NCBI GenBank assembly: GCA_027021705.1 | Contig: JALUTT010000002.1 | Location: forward strand, 11,650 to 75,649 | Direction: 5' to 3' | Source: Anaerolineae bacterium | GTDB lineage: Bacteria > Chloroflexota > Anaerolineae > S140-20 | DNA length: 64,000 nucleotides | Shown here: one piece after another, positions 46,920-56,878 of the stretch | Numbering within the stretch: position 1 is the stretch's first letter | Layout: the number at the start of each line of letters is the position of its first letter | The notes under the pieces: model-generated | The model's input: only the letters and a program-made list of their open reading frames with translations | What the model was told of the DNA's origin: nothing | Database searches by the model: none | Translations under genes and position numbers: made by a program

Positions 46920-48254
46920 TCACAGCGTCTCCAGATACCGGTCCAGCTCCCACGGGGTAACCTGAATGCGGTAATCGTCCCACTCAGCCCGCTTGGCCCG
47001 GGTGAAGACCTGGTAGATGTGCTCCCCTAGTGCCTCCTGGATCACCTCGTCGGCGTCCAGTTCCTTCAGAGCCTCTCCCAACGTCCCCGGCAGCACCTTG
47101 ATGCCCCGCTGGCGCAGGTCCTCATCGGTGAAGAGATAGACATCCTCGTTCACCGGCTCCGGGGGCGTCATCCCTTTTTCGATCCCGTCCAGGCCGGCGG
47201 CCAGCATCGCCGCGAAGGCCAGGTAGGGGTTGGCGCTGGGATCGGGACAGCGCAGTTCCACCCGAGTGGACTGCTCCCGTCCCGGAGAGTAGCGGGGGAT
47301 GCGGATCAACGCCGAGCGGTTGATCTGCGCCCAGCAGATGTAGACGGGAGCTTCGTATCCGGGCACCAGCCGCTTGTAGGAGTTCACCGTCGGAGCTACC
47401 ACGGCCGCCAGCGCCCGCGCGTGGACCAACTGACCGGCAATGAAGCCGTAGGCGATGGGCGAGAGGTGATAGGGATCGTCGGGATCGTAGAAGGCGTTCT
47501 TCCCGTCCAGTGTGAAGAGGCTCTGATGGGTGTGCATCCCCGATCCGTTGACGCCGAAGATGGGCTTGGGCATAAAGGTGGCGTAGAGACCGTGGGTGGC
47601 AGCGATGGCCTTGACCGTGTACTTGAAGGTCATCGCGTTGTCCGCGCTGGTGAGAGCATCGGCGTACCGAAAGTCAATCTCGTGCTGCCCGGTAGCCACC
47701 TCGTGGTGCCCCATCTCCACCTCCATCCCCATCGCCTCCAGAGCCAGGATGATGTCGGAGCGAACCCGCTGAGCTTCATCGCGGGGGGAGAAGTCGAAGT
47801 AGCCGCCCACATCGTGGGGCACCGGCTGGGTAGGGTAGTCCTGGTCTCTCTTGAAAAGGAAGAACTCCAACTCCGGCCCCGTGTTGTAGATGTATCCCAT
47901 CTTGCGTGCCCTGGCCATCACCCGCTTCAGGATGTAGCGGGGGTCTCCGGCGAAGGGCTTCCCATCAGGGCGATGAACGTCGCAGATGATCCGGGCCCGG
48001 CGGCGCTCCGGACTGCTCCAGGGGAGCACCTGGTAGGTATCAGGATCGAGGTGGAGCACCATATCCGATTCGTAGATGCGGGCGAACCCCTCAATGGAGG
48101 AGCCGTCGAACCAGACCCCTCGGTCCAGTGCTTCCTCCAACCGCCCAATGGGGATGGTGACACTCTTGATCGTCCCGGCGATGTCGGTGAACTGAAGACT
48201 GACAAAGCGCACCTTGTCCTCGCGGGCCCGCTCCAGCACTTCCTGCGCGTTCAT
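46920..48254 (-). CDS. glnA: Glutamine synthetase type I
   Basis: FDGSSIEGF, HHEVATGQHEI, FMPKP..NGSGMH, NSYKRLVPGYEAP and ELRCPDP motifs. Confidence 0.96.
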   Translation of the reverse strand: MNAQEVLERAREDKVRFVSLQFTDIAGTIKSVTIPIGRLEEALDRGVWFDGSSIEGFARIYESDMVLHLDPDTYQVLPWSSPERRRARIICDVHRPDGKPFAGDPRYILKRVMARARKMGYIYNTGPELEFFLFKRDQDYPTQPVPHDVGGYFDFSPRDEAQRVRSDIILALEAMGMEVEMGHHEVATGQHEIDFRYADALTSADNAMTFKYTVKAIAATHGLYATFMPKPIFGVNGSGMHTHQSLFTLDGKNAFYDPDDPYHLSPIAYGFIAGQLVHARALAAVVAPTVNSYKRLVPGYEAPVYICWAQINRSALIRIPRYSPGREQSTRVELRCPDPSANPYLAFAAMLAAGLDGIEKGMTPPEPVNEDVYLFTDEDLRQRGIKVLPGTLGEALKELDADEVIQEALGEHIYQVFTRAKRAEWDDYRIQVTPWELDRYLETL

Positions 48255-48391
48255 CGCTCCCTCCTTGACTGTAGGCTGTGGAGAACAGGGGAGCCCCCCC
48301 GTCCTATAGAAAAAAGGGCACGACAGGGCGTGCCCAAGGCGCAAAAGAGAGAGGGCGCGGCAGCTCTAGAAGGACCGCGCCCTTTGTTAAG

Positions 48392-48469
48392 TGGTCGGGG
48401 CGGGCGGATTTGAACCGCCGACCTCTACAACCCCATTGTAGCGCGCTAGCCGAGCTGCGCCACGCCCCG
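48392..48469 (-). tRNA. tRNA-Pro (GGG)
   Basis: CGGGGCGTGGCGCAGC...CTACA-ATGGGGT-TGTAG...GGTTCAAATCC...CCA cloverleaf. Confidence 0.95.
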
Positions 48470-48527
48470 AAAGTCCCTCCAATTATACCACGTTCGCCAG
48501 ATTCGGCAAGTGGTCTCGCCACCGCGC

Positions 48528-50165
48528 TCAGATGGTCACGGTCACCTCGTGGTACCCCGTGGCCCCGTCAGGGCGTGTGGGCCGCCTCTCCTCGATCTGC
48601 AAAGCTCCGGTGCCGTCGGTGGCTCGCACCCGGAAGGTGTGCCGCCCTGGGACGGCGGGCCAGTCGTAGCGCCACTGTACCCAGGTCAGCGGGCTCAGGG
48701 GCGGAGTGCGCAGCACGGCCTCCACCCAGGGGCCGCCATCCACCTGGACCTCGACCTTCTGGATGCCGCGGTCTCCCGCCCAGGCGATGCCCCCGATGGG
48801 TACCTTCCCGTCCACCTGTTGATCAACGGCCACGGTGTCAATCACCGAGATGATCCGGGGCCGGGCCTCGGCGCTCCAGCCCCGATCTACCCAGTAGCCG
48901 GGTCCCTCCCGGTCAATGGCCTCGATGCGGGTGATCCACTTGGGCTGTTTCATCCCGTACCGGTTTGGGATGTAGATGCGCAGCGGGTAGCCGTGCTCCA
49001 CCGGCAGCGTCTCGCCGTTCATCCCGTAGACCAAGAGGGTGCGCGGGTCCATCAGATCGGCCATAGCGACGCTCTCGTAGAAGCCATCGGCCGCCTCGAC
49101 GTAGAGTTCCCGGGCCTCCGGGCGCAAGCCCAGGTCCTGCAGGAGATCGCGGAGGCGGACACCGGTCCAGTACCCGGTGCCGATGAGGTCACCGCCGATG
49201 GGGTTGGAGATGCAGCTCAAGGTGATGGCCTGGGTCACCGGCGGGTAGGCCATCAGGTCGGCCAGGGTGAGGGGGCGGGGGTTGTCGAAGAGGCCATCCA
49301 CCTGGAGCACCCACGAATCCCCTTCGATGCTGACGGGACGGGCGTTGATGTCAATGCGGTAGAAGGCTTCTGTCGGCGTCACCTCGGGCCGGGTGCCGGG
49401 GGCCGGCGCGATGAAGTCGCGCGGGGCGACGGCGAGGGTGGCTTGAGGGGAAGCCCCCGGCAGCGCACTCCCGGCCGCCAGGGGCGGGGTCGGCGTCGGG
49501 GGCACGGAGGCCGCCCCGCCGGGGAGGGGCTGACCCGCACCCGAGGGGGCCGGGCGGCTCCCCAGCAGACGGCCCAGCCCCCACGCACCCAGGACGACGC
49601 CGGCCGAGCCCACCGCCATCTTGGCCAGCAGGGCGCGTCGGAAGGCCCGATCCTGGGGGGAGAGCGTTGGCTCGGCGGCCGGGGAGAGCGCGTGGCCCAG
49701 CAAGGCCCCCCCACCGGCGAGGAGCAGCCCGATCCAGAGCAGCCCCCCGACCGGTTTCGCCAGGACCCCGGCGCTCACCTCGATCCCGCCCACGAGGAGG
49801 GCGAGGAGGAGCCCTCCACCCGCCCCAACCTGCCAGCCGGGACGGGTGGTGCGCCCTATCGCCAGGGCAAGCAGCCCCCCGAGCACTCCACCGGCCACGA
49901 CCACCAACCCGATGGCCATCGCCTGTTCAACCCCCTTGGCGACCCGATCGGTCGGTCCCAGACCTACCAACCGGACGAGCCCAACGATGCTGTCAATGCC
50001 CAGGGTGACCACGTTGCCGGGGAGGACGCGGGCCAGCCAGTCGAAGAGGTCAAAGGGCACGAAGGGAAGGGCGGCAAGTTGCTCTCCCAGGAAGAAGAGG
50101 GCCACCAGCGGGCTGCTGATGAGCGCTCCCAACAGGATGCCGAGGGAAAAGGTGGGTCTCCGCAT
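48528..50165 (-). CDS. Membrane-bound sulfite oxidase-like molybdopterin oxidoreductase
   Basis: TLSCISN, MNGETLPVEHGYPLR, YGMKQPKW, GYWVDRGW and VRATDG motifs. Confidence 0.9.
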   Translation of the reverse strand: MRRPTFSLGILLGALISSPLVALFFLGEQLAALPFVPFDLFDWLARVLPGNVVTLGIDSIVGLVRLVGLGPTDRVAKGVEQAMAIGLVVVAGGVLGGLLALAIGRTTRPGWQVGAGGGLLLALLVGGIEVSAGVLAKPVGGLLWIGLLLAGGGALLGHALSPAAEPTLSPQDRAFRRALLAKMAVGSAGVVLGAWGLGRLLGSRPAPSGAGQPLPGGAASVPPTPTPPLAAGSALPGASPQATLAVAPRDFIAPAPGTRPEVTPTEAFYRIDINARPVSIEGDSWVLQVDGLFDNPRPLTLADLMAYPPVTQAITLSCISNPIGGDLIGTGYWTGVRLRDLLQDLGLRPEARELYVEAADGFYESVAMADLMDPRTLLVYGMNGETLPVEHGYPLRIYIPNRYGMKQPKWITRIEAIDREGPGYWVDRGWSAEARPRIISVIDTVAVDQQVDGKVPIGGIAWAGDRGIQKVEVQVDGGPWVEAVLRTPPLSPLTWVQWRYDWPAVPGRHTFRVRATDGTGALQIEERRPTRPDGATGYHEVTVTI

Positions 50166-50189
50166 AGGATGTCACCCCTTTCATCAAGG

Positions 50190-50310
50190 GTATCTATCAG
50201 CCTACCCTCCCGCAGGTCACCGGTCGAGGGCGCTTTCAGCCCCGATGGGCTATTTGAAGCACGGTTTCGCGTCGGAAACGCGCCTAACCTGCGGGAGGGT
50301 GAACAGTTAC
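50190..50310 (+). mobile_element. MITE copy 3 (121 bp) with 8-bp target duplication CATCAAGG
   Basis: CATCAAGG at 50182-50189 and 50311-50318; same ends and core as copy 2. Confidence 0.93.
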
Positions 50311-50425
50311 CATCAAGGTAGACTTACGCAACGATAAAGTTATTATACACCAAAAGGCCGAAACTGGGCAAAGGTGCCGATTCGTGTATAATGGCCTTAC
50401 TGCACAGTGGCAGGGGAGGACAGGG

Positions 50426-50956
50426 ATGAGCCACATGACACAGAACGGGCGTGTCCCGCCCATCGTTTCCATTGTGGGCCGGTCAGACAGCGGGAAGACG
50501 ACGCTGCTGGAGCGACTGATCCCCGAACTGCGGGGACGGGGCTACCGGGTGGGGACGATCAAGCACCACGCCCATCCAGGCTTCGAGGTGGACAAACCGG
50601 GCAAGGATACCTGGCGTCACGCCCAGGCAGGGGCCGAAGCGGTCGCTTTGGTTGCACCGGGGAAGATGTTCCTCCTGCGCCGGACCGAAGGCGAGCTGGA
50701 CCTGGGGGCCGTCGCGGCGATGATGGGCGAGGTAGACATCGTGCTGACGGAGGGGTATCGGTGGGCCGATACGCCCAAGGTCGAAGTGGTGCGGGCCGCC
50801 CGCAGCCGCGAGCCCCTTTGCACCTCCGAAGAGTTGGTCGCCCTGGTCACCGACCTCCCCCTGGAGATGGGGGTCCCCCGCTTCGATCTGGAGGAGGTGG
50901 AGGGACTGGCCGACCTGCTGGAACGGCGGTTCCTGCGAAGTCAGGAGGAAGGCTGA
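50426..50956 (+). CDS. mobB: Molybdopterin-guanine dinucleotide biosynthesis protein B
   Basis: GRSDSGKTT, IKH, DKPGKDTWRH and LTEGY motifs. Confidence 0.93.
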   Translation: MSHMTQNGRVPPIVSIVGRSDSGKTTLLERLIPELRGRGYRVGTIKHHAHPGFEVDKPGKDTWRHAQAGAEAVALVAPGKMFLLRRTEGELDLGAVAAMMGEVDIVLTEGYRWADTPKVEVVRAARSREPLCTSEELVALVTDLPLEMGVPRFDLEEVEGLADLLERRFLRSQEEG

Positions 50957-52218
50957 TGGACCTGGAACGGTTGGCGGCGCTGGCGGAGCGGTTCACCGGC
51001 GGGCCGGTGCAGGTGGAGCCCCGCCGTTGCCTGAACGTCCGCCATCGAGATGCCGGCTGTCGCCTCTGTGCTGAGGCCTGCCCTGTCGAAGCGATCACCG
51101 TTGCCGAGGACCCCCTGGCCCCCGTCGTCCCGGCCGGCGTCGTCGGGGTCCGTTCGACCAGCCCGGCGGTGACGCTGGACGAGGAGGTCTGCGCCAACTG
51201 CGGCCTTTGCCTGCGGGTCTGCCCCACCGGCGTCTTCAGCCAGCCCGGTGCTGGCGAGGACCGGCTGCGGGCGACGGTGGCCGCGCTGCCCAGTGGAGAG
51301 CCGGTCGAGTTGGCCTGTCCGCTGGGGGCGGAGCGGCGGGAGAGCCGCCTGCCCGAGGGCGCTGTGGTGGCCACACCCCGCTGCCTGGCCGCGCTAGACG
51401 TACCTCTGCTGCTGACGCTGGCCCTGGACGGTCATTCCCTCTGGCTCAACGACGCCCTCTGTGCCGACTGCCCTCTGGGGGCGGTGCAGCCGGCCATCGT
51501 CGCTGCCGCTCAGGAGGCCAACGGCTGGCTGGGGGCCTTCGGACGTGGGGTCAAGGTTTGCACCTACACGGCGAACCCCGAGGGGCTGCTAGACCGGCCC
51601 CGCCCGGTCCGGCCCCTGGCGGGCGAGGAGGTACCCGTGAGCCGGCGGGACTTCTTCCGGGCGCTGGCCGGGCTGGTTTCGCAGGCGGCGGCCACCGTCG
51701 TCGCGGCGGGGCTTCCCCAGGTCGGAGAGGACCTGCCGCAGCCGATGCGGGGATTGCCTCCCAAACACGTGCCGGCCCAGCGGCGGCGGTTGCAAGCGGT
51801 CTGGCGACGGGTGGGCCGTTTCCCCGGCCCGGTGCCGACGGCGGACCTGCCCATCGCGGCGCTGGAGGTGGCCTCGGATCGGTGTACCGCCTGCACTCTC
51901 TGCGCCCGCTTCTGCCCCACCGGGGCTCTGGAGTTTCGGGACGATGAGGCGAGCTTTGTCCTTTTCTTCCGGGCGGGCCTCTGTGTGGACTGCAGGCTCT
52001 GTCTCCGGGTCTGCCCCACCGAGGCGATCACCTGCGGCGAGCAGATCGCCGGGCACCGGCTGCTGGCGGAGGAAGGGGAGTCGTTGGTGGCCGGCCGCCT
52101 GGCTCCCTGCCGGCGCTGTGAAGCGCCAACGAACGCCGATGTCGGTGGCGGCCTCTGCTACGTCTGCCTCCTGCGGCCCGACTCCCTGGTCGGGCTGCGG
52201 GACCTGCTGGGGCCGTGA
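50956..52218 (+). CDS. Polyferredoxin-like 4Fe-4S binding protein
   Basis: CRLCAEACP, CANCGLCLRVCP, CTACTLCARFCP and CVDCRLCLRVCP motifs; TGATG coupling to mobB. Confidence 0.88.
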   Translation: MDLERLAALAERFTGGPVQVEPRRCLNVRHRDAGCRLCAEACPVEAITVAEDPLAPVVPAGVVGVRSTSPAVTLDEEVCANCGLCLRVCPTGVFSQPGAGEDRLRATVAALPSGEPVELACPLGAERRESRLPEGAVVATPRCLAALDVPLLLTLALDGHSLWLNDALCADCPLGAVQPAIVAAAQEANGWLGAFGRGVKVCTYTANPEGLLDRPRPVRPLAGEEVPVSRRDFFRALAGLVSQAAATVVAAGLPQVGEDLPQPMRGLPPKHVPAQRRRLQAVWRRVGRFPGPVPTADLPIAALEVASDRCTACTLCARFCPTGALEFRDDEASFVLFFRAGLCVDCRLCLRVCPTEAITCGEQIAGHRLLAEEGESLVAGRLAPCRRCEAPTNADVGGGLCYVCLLRPDSLVGLRDLLGP

Positions 52219-52233
52219 TGCCCTGGGGGTGGG

Positions 52234-53058
52234 TCAGCCGCGTCCCGGCAGCATAGGCCGGCCCAGAGCCTGGGCTACCTCCCGTCGCACCGCTTCGTCG
52301 TCAATGTAGAAGACCTGGCCGCTGCGGGCGGGATCGGCGACGGTGGCCAGGTAGAGGATGACCTGGGCGGGCTCTTCGGGGGGGCGGAGCCAGCCCTGCT
52401 CGTAGTAGGCTCGGAAGCGGGCCACGTTCTCTTCGCCGAAGTCCTCGGGAGGGGCCTGGCGGACTTCCTGCTGCATCTGGGTCTCCACGATGCCGGGCCA
52501 GAAGCTGTAGATGGCGATGCCGTCGGGGGCGACTTCTCGGGCGACGACGCGGACGAAGTGGTCGAGGCCGGCCTTGGCCGCGCAGTAGGCGCTCCAACTG
52601 GCGACGGCGGAGCGGGCGGCTCCGCTGGAGACGTGGATGATCCGGCCCTGGCGGGCTGCCCGCATCGGCCCCAGGGCGGCGCGGGTGACGTGGAAGGCCC
52701 CCACCAGGTTGATGGCCAGGTTGGCCTGCCAAGCGGCGGGGTCGGCCCGCCAGACGGGGACGATGGGATGGATGACCCCGGCGGCATTGACGACCACATC
52801 CAGCCGACCGAAGCGTTCCACGGTGCGGGTGACCAGGTATTCGACGGCGGCGTAGTCGGCCACATCACAGGGGAGGGCCAAGGTCTGGACGCCCCAGCGG
52901 GAGGCGGCCTCCTGGGCGGTGGCCTCGATCTCGGAGCGGGTGCGGGCGGCAACGACGATGTGGGCGCCGACCTCGGCGCAGGCCAGTGCGGCGGCGCGAC
53001 CGATGCCGCGCCCCCCGCCGGTGACGAGGACGGTTTTGCCTTGGAGTGTGACGGTCAT
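52234..53058 (-). CDS. SDR family oxidoreductase
   Basis: TGGGRGIG, NAAG and YCAAK motifs. Confidence 0.93.
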   Translation of the reverse strand: MTVTLQGKTVLVTGGGRGIGRAAALACAEVGAHIVVAARTRSEIEATAQEAASRWGVQTLALPCDVADYAAVEYLVTRTVERFGRLDVVVNAAGVIHPIVPVWRADPAAWQANLAINLVGAFHVTRAALGPMRAARQGRIIHVSSGAARSAVASWSAYCAAKAGLDHFVRVVAREVAPDGIAIYSFWPGIVETQMQQEVRQAPPEDFGEENVARFRAYYEQGWLRPPEEPAQVILYLATVADPARSGQVFYIDDEAVRREVAQALGRPMLPGRG

Positions 53059-53138
53059 CGGGTCTCCTCCTGAGCGTGCTGAAGGATGATGGGATGGTTG
53101 ACGACTTGGGGGGATTGTGGTAAACTACAGCGCGAAAC

Positions 53139-53212
53139 GGGGCCGTGGTGTAGTTGGTGAACATACCGGCCTGTCAAGCCGGAGATCGCGGGTTCAAGTC
53201 CCGTCGGCCCCG
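53139..53212 (+). tRNA. tRNA-Asp (GTC), CCA not encoded
   Basis: GGGGCCG acceptor stem, CCGGC-CTGTCAA-GCCGG anticodon arm, GGTTCAAGTCC. Confidence 0.95.
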
Positions 53213-53417
53213 CTCATAGGAACTCCGCCTCAACTCAAGGCTTAGGGCCTTGTGAGGGGAGGTCAAGCAGGGGAGCCATCCTGCCGAGCGTCGGCCAACG
53301 TCGGAGGATGGCTCTTGTTTTTTCACCCGTACTTTGGAACGCCTGGATTTGCTCTTGATCTTGTGGATAGGTGGCGGCCATCGCCGTGGCCTGCTCTGAG
53401 CGAAAGGATGCCTGCCC

Positions 53418-55550
53418 ATGCGAAAAACCTTTACTTTGCTCTTCTCCCTCGCCCTGCTGCTGACCGCCTGCGGCGGGACGCAGCCCACGCCCGCCGGCCC
53501 GCCGAATCCTCCGGCCAGCCCGCCGCCCAATCAGCCCGGCAACCCGCCGCCCCCGCCGCCAGGCTCCCCTCCGTCTCCGCTACCTGCGGTGTCCCCCGAA
53601 CCTTCTCCCACCGCGCTCCAGGGCGCAACGTCTGATTGCACCGCCGGCGATCCGCAGGAATCGCCCATCTACAGCCACCAGGTGTACCTGACCACATCCC
53701 CCGACGGCCTGACCTTCGACGGCGACGGGGCGCTGATCCTCGACCACGCCTCGGTGCCCGACCTGGTCATCGGGCCGGACGGCCGCCTGTGGGTCTATTT
53801 CGTCAACGGTGAGCCGGGGCATCACGGTATCTTCGCCGCCCGTCAGGCCGAAGACGGCTCCTGGGAAGTGCTGGGCTGCGTCACCCTGGACGGGCAGTTC
53901 AACGGCAACGCCGTGGACCCCAACGTCACCCGCCTGCCCGATGGTCGCATCCAACTGGTCTACTTCGAAGGCAGTTTCGTCGGCGAGGGGCCCAAACTCG
54001 GCCCCGACGACCCGCACCCCATCTACCGCGCCGTCTCGGAGGACGGGCTGCACTTCACCGGGCAGGAGCAGTTGATCGCCGTGCCGGGCGTCACCGACCC
54101 CAGCCTGGTGCAACTGCCCGACGGCTCCTGGCTGATGGCCCTGCAGCGCGAGGGGGCTACCCTGCTGGCGCGCAGCACCGACGGCGCGTCCTACGAACTG
54201 ATCGAACCGACCTTCCGGGAACCCGGCATCGGCGAACTGGGGCTGCTCCCCGACGGGCGCGTGGCGCTCTACCTCTCGCAAATCCACGTCTCCGCCGACG
54301 GCGGGCAGACCTGGGAGACCGTCCCCGGCCGGGTGCCCGGCAACGGGATGGACGCCTCCATCATCGCCCTGCCAGATGGCGGCTACGCCTTCGCCTACAA
54401 GCGCATCGCCGGCGGTGCGGGGCAGCCGGGGAACCCACCTCCTGGGGGCGCGGGGCAGCCGCGCCCCACTCCTACCGGCGACGCCGGCATGTACACTGGC
54501 GAGCAGTCCACCGAAGCCCTGTCGCGCGAAGACTACCTGGCGCAGGTGGTGACCGAGACGCCGGCTTCCGGTCGGTGGCGCTATGTCACCACCCTGTTCG
54601 GCACGCTGGAAGCCGGGCAGCGCTACGATGTAGGCGGTTTCTGCCGCATCTTTCCGCAGGCCGATGGTGACGGCTACGACGTGACCTTCGGCGGGGCGTT
54701 CGACAACCGCGAGGTGGAAGAAGCCCGTCGCTACGCGGGCGATGTGCGCCGCACCCTCTCCGCCGACCTGAGCACCTGGGGCGAGCCGCAGCAGTTCTCC
54801 ACCCATCCCGGCGACTACGCCATTGACACCGACGGGCAGTTCTACTACCTGCTCAACGCCCATCCCGAGGGCTGGGTGCTGGGCAAGTACGATGCCGATT
54901 TCAACCTGGTGAAGGAAACCATCGTGCCGCTGCCCTCGGGACACGCCGCCAACGACCAGATGCTGCGCGTCTGGGATGGCCGGCTCTACCTGAGCGGCAT
55001 CTACAACCCGGACAACCCGGACATGCGCTCGAATAAGGACGCCAACCCCGATGAAGTGCTCTACACCCACGTGTGGGTCTACGACACCGACCTGAACCCG
55101 CTGGAAGACCACATCCTGGACGATGAGCCGAACATCAACGGCGGCACGCTCATCCCCTACGGCGACGGCTTCGCCTACGTCTCCGCCGACAACTTCCTGC
55201 GCAACAACCTAAAGGCCTTTCTCTACGATGCGAACTGGGATTTCGTCCGCAGCGTGCTGTTAGAGGAGAATGCCCAGTGGTCTATGGGGGGAACGGTGGC
55301 CGATGGAAAGATTTACATAGCCTACCACCGCGGGAAACATATCCAGGGCGATGTGATGCTGGACATTTTCGATACGGACTGGAACCTATTGGAGCAGATC
55401 CCGGTCACTGCGGTGGCGCAGAACTTCAACGCCCAGCGCCCCTGGGTGCTGCTGGACGGTGACCGGCTGTTCGTGGCCTACGATCTCAGCGGCGGCGGCG
55501 CGGGGATGCTCAATTTGCAGTGCATGATCAACGTGTACGAGCGCCGGTAG
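53418..55550 (+). CDS. Large lipoprotein with two probable beta-propeller (glycosidase/sialidase-like) domains
   Basis: Lipobox LTAC, Pro-rich linkers, Asp-box-like SPDGLTF/SEDGLHF/STDGASY/SADGGQTW and DP.V.LPDG repeats. Confidence 0.75.
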   Translation: MRKTFTLLFSLALLLTACGGTQPTPAGPPNPPASPPPNQPGNPPPPPPGSPPSPLPAVSPEPSPTALQGATSDCTAGDPQESPIYSHQVYLTTSPDGLTFDGDGALILDHASVPDLVIGPDGRLWVYFVNGEPGHHGIFAARQAEDGSWEVLGCVTLDGQFNGNAVDPNVTRLPDGRIQLVYFEGSFVGEGPKLGPDDPHPIYRAVSEDGLHFTGQEQLIAVPGVTDPSLVQLPDGSWLMALQREGATLLARSTDGASYELIEPTFREPGIGELGLLPDGRVALYLSQIHVSADGGQTWETVPGRVPGNGMDASIIALPDGGYAFAYKRIAGGAGQPGNPPPGGAGQPRPTPTGDAGMYTGEQSTEALSREDYLAQVVTETPASGRWRYVTTLFGTLEAGQRYDVGGFCRIFPQADGDGYDVTFGGAFDNREVEEARRYAGDVRRTLSADLSTWGEPQQFSTHPGDYAIDTDGQFYYLLNAHPEGWVLGKYDADFNLVKETIVPLPSGHAANDQMLRVWDGRLYLSGIYNPDNPDMRSNKDANPDEVLYTHVWVYDTDLNPLEDHILDDEPNINGGTLIPYGDGFAYVSADNFLRNNLKAFLYDANWDFVRSVLLEENAQWSMGGTVADGKIYIAYHRGKHIQGDVMLDIFDTDWNLLEQIPVTAVAQNFNAQRPWVLLDGDRLFVAYDLSGGGAGMLNLQCMINVYERR

Positions 55551-55652
55551 GACATCATCTCCAGTGTCAACGTTCCGTCGTTAGAGGCGGGGTTTTTCAA
55601 AATTGAACGGCCTGGTGGTCGTGCGGGACATCCGCGCTTTAGGCCTCTCCGA

Positions 55653-56426
55653 CATCCCCCTCCCGCAGGTCCCAAGGTACTCGGCAATGGCAACGGCTTG
55701 CCGGCAGCGGCCTACGACGCGCTTTAGGCTGTGGGAAGGACCTGCGGGAGGGTTCCCCCTATGCATCCCCCTCCCGCAGGTCCCAAGGTACTCGGCAATG
55801 GCAACGGCTTGCCGGCAGCGGCCTACGACGCGCTTTAGGCCGTGGGAAGGACCTGCGGGAGGGTTCCCCCTATGCATCCCCCTCCCGCAGGTCCCAAGGT
55901 ACTCGGCAATGGCAACGGCTTGCCGGCAGCGGCCTACGACGCGCTCTAGGCCGTGGGAAGAACCTGCGGGAGGGTTTCCCCTATGCATCCCCCTCCCGCA
56001 GGTCCCAAGGTACTCGGCAATGGCAACGGCTTCCCGGCAGCGGCCTACGACGCGCTTTAGGCTGTGGGAAGGACCTGCGGGAGGGTTCCCCCTATGCATC
56101 CCCCTCCCGCAGGTCCCAAGGTACTCGGCAATGGCAACGGCTTCCCGGCAGCGGCCTACGACGCGCTTTAGGCCGTGGGAAGGACCTGCGGCAGGGTTTC
56201 CCCTATGCATCCCCCTCCCGCAGGTCCCAAGGTACTCGGCAATGGCAACGGCTTCCCAGCAGCGGCCTACGACGCGCTTTAGGCTGTGGGAAGGACCTGC
56301 GGCAGGGTTTCCCCTATGCATTCCCCTCCCGCAGGTCCCAAGGTGCCTGGCGACGGCAACGGCCGACCGGCAGCGGCCTACGACGCGCTTTAGGCTGTGG
56401 GAAGGACCTGCGGGAGGGTTCCCCCC
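55653..56426. repeat. Tandem array of seven 111-bp palindromic units
   Basis: Units start at 55653, 55764, 55875, 55986, 56097, 56208 and 56319; each is bounded by CCCTCCCGCAGGT / ACCTGCGG(G/C)AGGG. Confidence 0.97.
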
Positions 56427-56449
56427 AAGGGTTAGAGCGCCGAGAAGCC

Positions 56450-56878
56450 CTACCTCCCCAGGATCCGCTGCAGGTTCGCCACCCCCTCATCGGCGGCCTT
56501 CTCGTTCTGCCGGAGCAGGAGCTTCTCCGCGATCTTCCCCACAGCGGCGACCGGCACCGTGTACTCCAGCCGAAGGGTGACCCGACTGCCCTCCCCCTCC
56601 GGCTCGATGGTCCAAGCCCAGGTGCTGACGAGGCCACCCCGCGTCTCGACCACATGGCGGCGGGGTGGCTCGTGCTCCTTGACCACGCCGGTCCCATTGA
56701 AGGAAAGGCCGGCCATCTTGAAGGTCCACTCCCAGCGGTAGTCCGTGCCCTCGCCGGTGAAGTTCCGGCTGTCGGTGAGGCCGGGCAGCCATTGGGGGTC
56801 GTTGGCATGATCGGCCAGGAAGGCGAAGACCTTCTCCGGCGGTGCGTTGACGTGGAAACGACGTTCAATGACAGCCAT
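56450..56878 (-). CDS. SRPBCC family protein
   Basis: VNAPPEKVFAFLAD..PQWLPG and W.IEPEGEGSRVT motifs. Confidence 0.88.
   Translation of the reverse strand: MAVIERRFHVNAPPEKVFAFLADHANDPQWLPGLTDSRNFTGEGTDYRWEWTFKMAGLSFNGTGVVKEHEPPRRHVVETRGGLVSTWAWTIEPEGEGSRVTLRLEYTVPVAAVGKIAEKLLLRQNEKAADEGVANLQRILGR

Noticed and set aside
55653..56426. CRISPR array
   Set aside because: The whole 111-bp units are near-identical, with no unique spacers and no cas genes in the window.
53213..56430. Integrative island at tRNA-Asp
   Set aside because: No integrase and no duplicated tRNA 3' end were found.
55581..56580. Repeat-protein ORFs on both strands (246 aa and 325 aa)
   Set aside because: They arise because 111 is divisible by 3 and the unit lacks stops in those frames. 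The DNA-level palindromy points to a nucleic-acid element, and one ORF overlaps the SRPBCC gene.
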